Assembly (NCBI RefSeq): GCF_000143415.4 | Contig: NW_003314278.1 | Location: 1,024,682-1,088,681 of the forward strand | DNA from: Selaginella moellendorffii | Lineage: Eukaryota > Plantae > Lycopodiophyta | Length of the DNA: 64,000 nt | Direction: 5' to 3' | Shown: one piece after another, positions 11,756-23,000 of the stretch | How positions within the stretch are numbered: position 1 is the stretch's first letter | Layout: every line of letters begins with the position of its first letter | Translations under genes and position numbers: made by a program | The notes under the pieces: generated by a model | What the model was told of the DNA's origin: nothing | The model's database searches: none | What the model saw: only the letters and a program-made list of their open reading frames with translations

Positions 11756-13139
11756 CATTTTGCAGTGAGCATTGAAGCATTTCTCGTGTTTGAGCAAGCG
11801 TTGAGGGAGGCGCCCCTCCTTCCCCCAACAGGGGTTGGACCCCAATGGAGCTAATTTGGCCAGGAAAGATTAGTTTGGCTCAGGAAGGTTATACCCAGCT
11901 GTTGGGTGATGAAATAACCACTAGGAAGTCCAAAGTTAGAGTGAATACAGATCGATAAGCAGAGTAACTTAGTGAAGTGTTTAAGAGCCTACTCTAGTTC
12001 CTCTAAGAGATCAAATGGTCGATGCTCCCAGTCCAAGTGTGGGTGGCACTACCTACTTGGATACCTGGTGTGGCTCAATGGAACCTCGCTCTAAGCCCAT
12101 GGCTAAAGCACCCAAAGGTAGAAGGTGGGGAGAGTACCTATGAGGCTCACGTATGGCCATAGTGTTCCGAAATGTTGTCCCAAAGTCCCGGACTGTGGAA
12201 AGGAAGAGGAGTAGTCCTTTGGTGTGGCAACCAAGGATACGGTCACGCGGTGAGGAAGTCCTAGAAAATAGTGGGACTTGGTGGTCAGGCTTGTGGGCTT
12301 TGATCCAATGGCAATACTGGCGAACACAGCCATGAACAGAAAGGGACTTGGTGGGGACCAAAAAAGGGATATTGGGGAAAGTTGTTCCCCATGTCTGTAG
12401 GCATCCTAAGGATGCTAAAGAGTGGATATAGAATGATCACTCATGGACAGACAAACTAGTCTTTAAGAGATGGGACTGTGATGTAGGTGGTGTTGGACCA
12501 CTGGTGTGACCAAGGTGAGTGGGCATGGCCTTAGCATAACAGGCTGATATGTCAGTGGTACCTTGGGGTGTCAGTCATGGGATTGGACATGTGGAGCACT
12601 TGGACCAAGTGCAAAGGTTGAGTGGCATGGATGCCATTCTCGAGGTTAGCAAGCCTAAGGTCCTGAATAGGATTAACACAATCTTATGTATTGGTATTTG
12701 TATTGCTATGTTGTACTCAGCTAAGTAAATTTGACCAGTCTTTAACAAGGTCATTGCTCGCCAACTTTAGGATTGAACATGAGTGCATACTATGGCTACT
12801 CTTTTTACGAGTCCTTACTGTGTTAAATTGTTGTAAAGTAATTGTGGCCTACCTCTAATTATGTTGTATAAAGTTGTGTGCATCCTCACTATGAACGTCT
12901 GCGTTCTCTAGTCGATGGTGATGTTCAAAAAGTCTGAGCTGAGTAGTGGTTGTATTCTAAGTGTTGTCCTCAAGGTTATTGTTGATACAGGTTTCTAGAT
13001 TCTTGATTCTTGTATTTTTTATCTTTGATCACTGTCCATGCTTTGATTAACTATTGTTTTTATTCCCCATTGTCCCCAAAAGACCTCCACTTATTAAATC
13101 CTTAGTATTTGATTTCTATTTGCTTGGTTGCTTCTTAAT

Positions 13140-13815
13140 AGTTTATCTAATAAATGTATATTTTCATTTTCAATAATGTGAAGAAGAAATGCAAGTGCTC
13201 ATTAGTATGGTAGATGGTATACTATTACCAAAAAGAGTTTGGGATAGTTTCCATTGAACTAGACTACCTATTTCCAACTTACTTGAAACATCAACAAAAG
13301 AAGAGATTGAGATTCTAATATAATCCCACCCTAAAGTTATGTTGTGTAGAGCATCTTGAGGGTCTACAACAATAACTAGTTCCTCAGCCACAACTGCATG
13401 TATAGCATCCACTATCTTCACAAGAGCTTTATACCATATACTGCAAGCATTTATATCTATAAAAGAACAACTAGAATTAGGGATATTCTTGCCTTTGGAA
13501 ATATTTTTACTCTATCTTCTATGGAATAACATCTTCACCATTATTCCTCTATGTTCCAATTATATTTCCCTAAAAGATTTTGCTAGGACATATCTCTATT
13601 GGAAACATCAGTTGATTCTACTTCTATATAGAAAACCCACTAACATCCAGAGTAATTCGAGTTAAACATCTTAATAATGCAAAGTAAAACACATCTAACT
13701 CTTAAAGAAGCACAGTGACAAATGGAAGTAGCATCTAAAGATTCTATTCTTCCCTTTGCAATTTATTCTCCATTATCCCAAACAATCTCTATTACATCTC
13801 CTTTAACAACTTGAG
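13140..13815 (-). pseudogene. Degenerate paralog of the N-terminal region of the transposase at 28605
   Basis: IAKGRIESLDATSICHC and VVAEELVIVVDPQDALHNITLGWDYIRISI..GSLVQWKL..K*KYTFIR align with VAKGTLVSMDRNFVVHC and VVAEGLATVVDPRDAVANQELGWDDIGVAI..RSIVRWKL..KRKYTFLK. Confidence 0.75.
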
Positions 13816-14971
13816 AAAAACAAAGAAAATTACAAATATCAAAACACAAATAGAAGGAAAAAAGTACAAAAAAAATACAAGCAAATAGGAAATTAAAAAA
13901 CAAAGCTCCTTTTGTGAATATGAGAAAACAAAACGTGAAAATATGTAGCAAAAATAATTAAAAATGCATAAAATAAGCACACACATGCACTTGCACACTA
14001 AAGACCCAATTTAATGTATTGATGAAAGAATATGAGCTCACAATAAACCAAAGTCAAATTAAGAGAGAAACAGATTGGTAAGTGCAAGTTTGTAAAATGA
14101 CCAGAGAAATGGGGATTACTTAACTCTAAACAAGCATGGTCTCACACTCATTCTTCAAAAATGTAAGGATTTCTAACACTCTCTCTCTCATGGTCTCTTG
14201 TTTTTTTAAGCTAGTGTGTGGGCTCATGCCTAGCCAAACTCAAATTTGAGTTTCTCCAAAGAAGCTTGAGATTTCTTGGCATGCACTTGTACACCTATAG
14301 ACTAGTTTTGGATGACTCTTTTGAAAATCTTTGTTCTTTTGTTTTGAGATTTCTAGGCATGCGCTCTCATGCCTATACACAAGTATGGGATGACTCTCTT
14401 GTAAATACACTACACTATCATATAGTCTCACGCCAGGCAATACTAAAATATGAATGTATATTCTTTATAATAATGGAAACCATATGTTTTGAGGAAAGAA
14501 GAACATACCATGGCCATAAACAAACCAAAACAGTGTGGGAGAGATATGTGCTTAGGATGTGCTAGAGAGGAAGGAAAAATGCCTCCTAAGATGAACCAGT
14601 AGTGGCGAACCCTAGAGAACCCAAATAATAAAACCTAAGAAAAAACCATAAGGCTAAGAGGGGAAAAATTTGAAATGCAAGCTTGACAAAGAATTTGAAA
14701 TGCAAGGGTAGTGTTATGATACTAATAGCTTGTATCATTATTAAATAATGTAGTACAGATATTTAATGTTGTCATATAGTTCAAGAAGAGACTCCATAAA
14801 AAGTTTTTTCAAAAAATGAGATAACTAGAATTGTTTTAGTATTTATCAAAATTTTGTTTACAAGATTATATAATGGGCTTGGCATTTTCATTAAAGAGTA
14901 TATGTTGCATATGTTGTAGTTTATTGCTCTATTTTATTCTATTTATATTCTATGTTATATTTTACTGTTTT

Positions 14972-15570
14972 CATTGGTGGGATTCCAATCACAACCGGTT
15001 GCGGCCTTTCTGGAGTTGACTGTGGTCTCTCTGCAGACATGGAAATAAGAGCGCTGTTCTCCTCCACGCGCGAGATGAGCTTGTTTGCCGTGGGAGGAGC
15101 CAACAAACTCTGGTGCTTGTGCCTCGGCTCCTTCTTCAACCCTATCTAAACTTGTTGCTGTCGCCAAGCTTTGCCTGCATCATATACCAACCATCAATCA
15201 GCTAGCGTTCTTTCCAAAGCTTCTACAAACCTCCTTTGAAGGTGTTTTTATGAAGCCCATCGCTCTTTGCACGAAAGAAGTAAAGATGCCTCTGTTTGGC
15301 GTTCCTTTCGCTGGACTAACGATCTGATGAAAGAATACAAGTCTTAATCAAAGGTACACAAGAGCAAGTCGAGTTACCTATCCAGGCCTAAAGTCAGGCT
15401 CAGAAATGCTTCTCGCTGGCATGTTGGATCTTCTCATATTATCACTTATGGGGTTCTATTGATGCCGATGAGGCAAGTGCTACATTGCTTCTGCTAGAAG
15501 CTGTTGCGGGACGGTTATTAATATCAGCATTATCAGAAGCTTTCGGGGGCGAAGGGCCTATCATCTTGTG
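14972..15570 (-). pseudogene. SEC16: Intron-containing duplicated fragment of SEC16 (copy of ~49680-50302)
   Basis: Near-identical nucleotide match including introns, with small indels. Confidence 0.88.
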
Positions 15571-15693
15571 AAATACACTTTGAATGCCTGAATACACTTA
15601 CTTTAAGCCAACTTTTCACTATAACACTTTACTTTAGAGCTACATTGCTCAAAGAGCTCTCACTTAAGAAGGAAGAAATTTTAATCCTATCTA

Positions 15694-16478
15694 TGGCCAT
15701 TGTAATTGAGCTAGGAGATTGTGATAATAAAGTTCTTACAATCGATATAAAGATTGGTAAGACCCAAGCTAGATGCAAAACAAGGAGCAACACAGCCCAA
15801 TGGGAGCCAAACTAATGTCTTAGGTGGTCGGATATGCATTTTAACCACTATCCCTACTATACATTTGGAACCCCCCACAGCTGCTCCCCCCCCCCCTGAG
15901 GAACACATGCTTTGGGCTTTCACCCCACGCCTCCATTAGTACTAGGAGTTAGTCTCTGGGACAAGCTTGAAACTTACTAAATATGGAATGGTGCTAGATT
16001 GCGAATTTGGACACGAGATGAACACCATTGTGTTCAGGCTGATCTCTACATTCCGTAGATATGCCAAACGAGCTAATCTAGACACTTACCATAAATAGCA
16101 TTTGGGACAAAAATGAGACCAACACAAAAGGTGTGATAGCGAGGGTGTTTGGCAGACACAGTAAGCTATCATTTAGTGAATATTGAAGGACTAGTCTCAA
16201 TATCACGGGGGTTCCCAATACTAGCAAGTGCAAGTCAGCATCATGAGTTTCTTATCACTGTGTCAAGTATGCTTGACTTAATGACAACATAGGATTTCCT
16301 TCCTTAGTGCCCTTCCGGTCTAAGTGCACATGTGCTGATCAGTTTCTCAACTAACTTGGGTGGAGACCATAATGAGAACCAGCAATACTGATCTGTTGCT
16401 ATCGTGGCAATGAGGAGAGAGTGTCCGTAAGGACTAGCTGACAAGTATCTTTTGATACCCGAAGTCACATTCGTGACA
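15694..16478 (-). repeat. 3' LTR
   Basis: Homologous to 34917-35674; on the minus strand it is preceded by the purine tract AAGGGGGTAAGAG. Confidence 0.9.
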
Positions 16479-17088
16479 CTCTTACCCCCTTGGGGAATAT
16501 CGACGTCCTCGTTGATACATACCCGAGTCTAGCAAACCGTCAAGGAAACAACTCCAAAAGTTAACGGAAAGCACATTATGTGGGAAACACACCGACTTAA
16601 ATGAGTTATGGAACAACCTCTCATTTACATCCAAAGACGCTAAAACTCAGACACCCTCCGGCCGTCACTGACAAGGAAATGACTAACGGAGTTAGCCACC
16701 CTTGCTGCTCCGAGTACCACTCGGCTTACAAAGGAATGATACATCCCTGCCCATAGGGACATAGGGAGAAAGTCAGAGGCCCAACTTCCCCTGAGCAAGA
16801 AATCAACCCCATCGGGAAGATTTAGACAACTATTACAAACTGGCAGATTAAGTTGTTTATACAACCACGCCCCTTTGCAAAAGTGAGTCATCAAGAGAGA
16901 GGCGGGGACTTGTGATCAGTCTATAATAGTTATCCCCATGGTTATGGATTGGACCCATGAACTGAAGTGCCGAAGTCAGCCTACCAAAACTGACCCAAGT
17001 ACTAATGAACGAGAGATACGACACTGTGATTTATAGAAATATATTACTTTATTGATTTGCAAGATTTATTACAAGATTTTTACAAAAG

Positions 17089-17505
17089 CTAGTCTTTATT
17101 ACTATTCTCATACTCCGTGACAAGCTCACGAGCATGTGTAAGATTCCTAAGAGGTTCCCAAGTTGATTCACAAGATGGGTAACCTTTCCACTTAATTAGA
17201 TATTCCTTCACACGACCACCACATGCCTTACGAGATAAAAGGATAGCCTCAACCTCATACTCTGGTTCACTATCAATAACATCTGGAGCTGGATGAACAT
17301 CCCTAGAGCAGCCAGGATCCTCATGATATGGGGCCAGTAAACTAACATGAAACACATCATGAAGGCTAGACATCTCTTGTGGAATATCCAACTGATAGGA
17401 TACATCACCAAGTCGTTTCAACACCCGATAGGGTTCAACATACCTCGGTAACAGCTTCCGAGACAAAGATTCCTTAATATTCAAGTTCCGGGAAGATAGC
17501 CACAC
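17089..17505 (-). pseudogene. Integrase C-terminus with chromodomain
   Basis: HDVFHVSLL..EYEVEAILLSR..EYLIKWKGYPSCESTWEPLRNL. Confidence 0.9.
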
Positions 17506-20014
17506 CTAATCTCCCACTTGATAAGATACATCCCAGCGATGCTAATCCTTATCACGTCGATACCTATCCTGAGCTTTGCCCATCACCTCAGTAGCTCTAG
17601 ACCAACCTTGGCGTAGCTGCTCCGTATAAGTCTTAATGGCTGGGACCAACACTTCGGTCAATGGTTTCTGTACAACGATCTGTTGAGGAACCCCACGAGC
17701 ATTCCTTTGCAGCATCTTCCATGGAGAACAGCCTATAGTGCTGTGAAATGTGTTGTTATAACAGATTTTTGTTGTGTCTAAATGCTCAACCCAGTCGCAT
17801 TGGTCCGCCGCGACATAGTACCATAGATAATTCTCAACATGAGCATTCACACGTTCGGTCTACCCATTAGTTTGAGGATGTTAAGCCATACTAAACTCAA
17901 AACAGTAGGAACAGTGTGCCCCAAAACTTTCCGGTAAACCTTGAATCTCTATCCGAGATCATCTCTTCGGGAAGACCACAAACCCACACTACTTCATGGA
18001 AAAAGAGCTTTGCTGCTTGCTTCACATTCACTGTTTCCATAGTTGGAATGAAGTGTGCAATCTTCGACAACCAATTCACAACCACCATCAAAGTATCATA
18101 ACCCTTAGACTTCGGCAAACAAGTGACGAAATCAAGTGTCACACTCTGAAATGGCCATGCCAGTGCTGGAATGCACTGCAACTTTCCAGCCTACTTCTCA
18201 ATTTTGCGCTTACATTGCTAGCATATAGGGCAGGAACGGACATAGTCCATTACATCACCTTCCATACAAGACCAGAAAAATCCCTTTTTCAATGAAGCCA
18301 GAGTCTTTTGCTTTCCACCATGTCCTGCTGCCGGAACATCATGATGTTCCTGCAGAAACAACTGCTACAAATCCTTAGAGACAAGATACAATCTTTCTTG
18401 CTTATAGAATATAAGCCCATCCCAAACTGAGAAGTGAAGCTTCTCATTAGTGTGACTAGCAACTTTTGCTGCTTCACTACCAGGGCTCTGCTTCAACAAC
18501 CCCGCACGGCATATGATTGCCTTTGCCAATGGATCACTTCCATATGAAGCCCGAACGTCTTCTAACCAGTCCAAACTAATTGCCGATATCACCCGGAACT
18601 GAGCCTTATGACTTAATGCATCCGGAACAATATTGTCTTTACCAGGTTTATATATGATTTCAATATCATATTTAGCAAGCTTCTCTTGCCAACGAGCCTG
18701 CTTCGGCGTAAGCTTAGGCTGCATAGCAAAGTAGCTCAATGTGTTACTATCTATATAAAACTTGGTATGTCCAACCAGGTAGTGTGTCCAGTGTTCCAGG
18801 ACTGACACTATAGCAAACATCTCTTTCTCATGCTTTGGCCATCTTTGTTGAGTTTCATCCAATTTCTTGGAATAGAATGCAATGGGACAACCATGTTGCC
18901 TTAGCATAACACCAACTGCTTTGTCACAATTTTGCTGCAACACGGCACTAATAGCATAGCCAAACGTATCACAATGCATTTTGAAGGGTTTATCAAGATC
19001 TGGGATCCTAAGAACAGGAACCGTAGTCAAGATCTCCTTCAACTGTACAAAGGCACGCTGACAAGCTGGTGTCCAGTGAAATGGAATATTACTCTTTGTC
19101 AACTCAGTCAACGGAAGAGCAATTCTTGCAAAATTGCGAACAAACTTGCGATAGTATCCCGCCAAACCAAGAAAGAAATGAACATATGATACAGTGGTCG
19201 GGACTTCCCAGGACTTCACCACTTCCACCTTCTTTGGATTGACCTCAATCACGCTATCACCAACTATATATCTGAGAAAGTTTACGCGCAATTGTCCAAA
19301 AGTACATTTACTTTCTTTAGCATATAGTTTGTGTTCATGCAACTTTTGAAACACCAGCTCCAAGTGTTTCAAATGATCCTCCAACTTTTCACTAAAGACT
19401 AGAACATCATCGATATACAGGACAACAAATGCATCCAAATAATCTCCGAATATTCTATCCATCATAGTGTTGAACGTTGTTGGAGCATTGCATAACCCGA
19501 ATGGCATGACAAGGAACTCATAAGATCCATACCGAGTCTTAAAAGCTGTCTTCTACACATCCTGATCTGCCACCCTTATCTGATGATACTTGAACCAAGC
19601 TCTATTTCGTTAAAGTGGGAATTGTCATTATCCCATTTGTAAAATAAGGTTTCCAAACCTTTATATAGTATATAAATATAACAAAATTCAACTGCATTGA
19701 GGCACATGCCATTTTATTTTAAACAAGGAAATGTCTACTCAATCACTTCTCACTGCTTCACCTCTCTCTTCTCCTTGTCATCGTCGTTCAATTTCTTTCC
19801 ATCCTTTTAATATTGGCTCAATTGCTCCGAGTCTAGGTGGAGCCCAAGTCCCCATTCAATCTTTACTTTCCCCTTATTAATAAAACAACTTCGTAGACTT
19901 CCAATAACATGCTGTAAATGCAAATCCTCTCAAAGAATTGTCTTTTAATATTAATACAATGGCATGGAACCCCATGCCATAATAAGTTACATTTTTAAAT
20001 AAATACATGCCATC

Positions 20015-23000
20015 TCAGACTGTTATTTTTTGCCTCCAACGCCTATACAATAATCTTGGAATTTCATCACTCTCCACACTATCAGGATTTAAACCCAATA
20101 GTAATGCCATCTCTTCTCTAATACGTCCACGCTCATGTTCAATGGTCGAAGAACCCATCCGGTTGAGCAGATTATGGAGATGCGGATAGTGCTTGGCTAG
20201 ACAATATACATGCCATAAATGATGACTGGTGTCTGTCCGATCAAATGGCTTCTGATATACCGTTCCATCTGCCATTTGGTTGATTTCTGCAGCCACCTCC
20301 TGGACTGGCCGGTTCTCTATCACCATCGCTTCAAGCCGTTTTGCAAGGTCCCCCAGAACATACGGTTTCTTCTCCCTAGTTTCCATACTGCAAGAGATGG
20401 GGTGCACTGCATATGTGTGCGTGTTCACTGCAGTTTTAATTGGTGAGTCATCGATAATGAGGATTTCACTTGACCTAGCAGTCCGGTTCATCACTACAGC
20501 CTCTGCCTTAACGAAGATGGGCTTGCTACCCCTCACATGGACCATAGTCAAGCAATCCTCCTACGTTAGGAGAAAGTCAAATGGTAATATTACTCGCGTC
20601 TGATCGTGCATCATCTGTAGCAACGTTAATGCATTGTGGCGCATCATGGATGTCCAAACTCCCAATTGCAAATTGAACCCGGCCCTCTGTTTTAAGTGTC
20701 GCATGGTCATTATTAGATCCCGCAGTTTCTCCCGTGTGATTAATGTGAATCTGTCTCTTTTGACCAACTTGCGACCGCAGGCTTTGGAGGGTGCAGTGAC
20801 ATTCGAGGACGAGCCACGCTCATGGGAGAAAAGGACACCGTTCAGATAAAAAACGATACAGTACTTTCGCCGTGACTCTGAAATGAAATGCGTCAGCATA
20901 AAAAATGGTACAAGTCAATTTTACCATCTACAATATTAGCGAATGGTGCTCCCAATGGTCGTTCAGAGGGTTTTGGTCGAGGAAACGTGAAGGGCGGAAA
21001 TACTCTCCTCTGCAATGTGGGGTCAATTGCATCCGATGGCGTGTGGGCACATGCCATTTCAGCTGTAGACTCTGGTACAACTGGCTCAACAGTGGCATGG
21101 GGTGGTTCCGATGGCGTGTGATCACACGCCATTTCAGCTGGTGCCTCCGTTGGCAAAGTGGACATGACCGAACAGGCAGCAGGGGCGGTGTAGGGAGGTT
21201 CCAACGGCGCGTAGTCAGACGATTGGGCACACGTTGGAAATGAGGATACGACCGGCTCGGCGGCTGGGGCGGCCTCATGCGGGTCCAATGGCGCCTGGTC
21301 ACCGTCAGTTGGATACGTGGACAAGATTGACTCAGTGGTATGGGCAGCATCAAGTGGAGCGTGGTCAGCTTGCTTGGCGTTGATATGGATAGTAGCCTCC
21401 ACCAGCTTTGATGACTCTTGCAGGCAAGTAGAGTCCACTGGCGGATCCATATGCATGTCCAAATATCTCCCTTCGATTGAGATGGTATCCTCCCGTGCTA
21501 CTAAAAACAAACTCATTAGCACATTGAATCGACTATACTGTATTTACCATCAACTGCTATTGAGGAACTAGGACCGATATCACTTGGGCGCACTGCTGAT
21601 TCTGAAGGATTGGACATACGTTTCGACCCTTGCTTGGCACTATCCTTCCTCGACACTAAAGGCTAGAGTTTGTATCTTAATTCAACTGAATAATCTCTAC
21701 TTACCATTTCTTCTGCGACCTACATGGACAATGTTAGAAATGGTAAAAGGTTAGGAATGGATGTACTATTATTTACCTGATGGTTTGTCTTGTATGACCT
21801 TCCTCCGCTGCTCTTTGGCCACCTCAGGCTGGCCATCGTCGTCATCATCGTCATCGTCGTTATTGTGATCGTCACCATTGTGAGGACCATCCAAGTCCTC
21901 TTCGTCCTCCTCTTCTTTATCCTCCTCTTCTTCGTCCTCCTCTTCTTTGTCCTCCTCTTCGTCCTTCTGCTCTTCCTGCTCATTATCTTTCTCTGGCTCC
22001 TCATCCCCCTCTTGCATTTCTTCCATAGGCTGCTCAGGCTGGATTGCTTGTTTTTCCAGGACCATCTTGGAAAAATCATCTGGCCGAGTCTCCATCTCAA
22101 AATACAAGACATCCATAGCCTGTTTTAGTGCGTGACCTAGGACCGTATCCTCACCCGACTGTCTTAACATGGTTTCTGCACGTTCTTGCACCCTTCGAAG
22201 ACGACGAGATGAGAAAAACGTGGCCCTGACTTGAAAAGCATCCCTCATCCATTGTACCTCTCCATTGAGATTGGGGAAGGGGAGTCCGCCATAGGAATTT
22301 GAGTCAGAAGGTGGTGACTGGCTCCTTTCACTCAGCCCTTGATCTGCAATGAATGGCATGAGCACACACGCCATAACCGCGAGGCATTACCTATCATCTT
22401 TTCGTTGCCCTTCTTCCTTTTCGAATCAAACGCCTCTGATCCCGACGACTGTCCAACGTGCTTTCGCTTTTTATGACCACTGTCAGTTTGAGCTTGGCTG
22501 GTGCTTGCCTGTTTTGCCTTTGAAGAAGTGTCTCCTGCAAGGAATGGCATGAGACCACACGCCATTGCAAATATAATTTGTACCTCCTTTTTTCCTATTG
22601 CTTGTCTGTTTGTCCTTCTTCGACGCGCCACCAGTGCGCTTTTCAGTCCTCGTGTCTGAATATTCACAACGATCTATAATCAAAATGGCGTGAGGCCTCA
22701 CGTGACCTTACCTTGTGCAGGTTGTGACCTCGGCCTAACATCAGTAGCTGTTAACGCCGTTTCAGCATCTGGGGGTGGCCACGCTCCTGCATACAGAGCT
22801 TGTGAGATAACATTGAAACTTAAAGTGCGTACTCACCAGGTTCGTAGAGAAGATACTGTTTTTCTTTGGCAACTGTAATTATATGCTCCATTGAAGTCAC
22901 CTCTTCAATGGAGTTTGTCACCGCAACACACGGGACACCCTTGAGTAGTGCGGCTCGAAAGAATAGTCCGCCGCAGTTGTACTCGACAACGCATTTGCCC

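Noticed and set aside
11899-11935. Second 5S-like segment (GTTGGGTGA..GGAAGTCCAAA)
   Set aside because: Only two short matches with the wrong spacing; could be chance.
14926-14935. GCTCTATTT as the TIR of the decayed transposon copy
   Set aside because: Nine bp in AT-rich sequence and in the wrong orientation.
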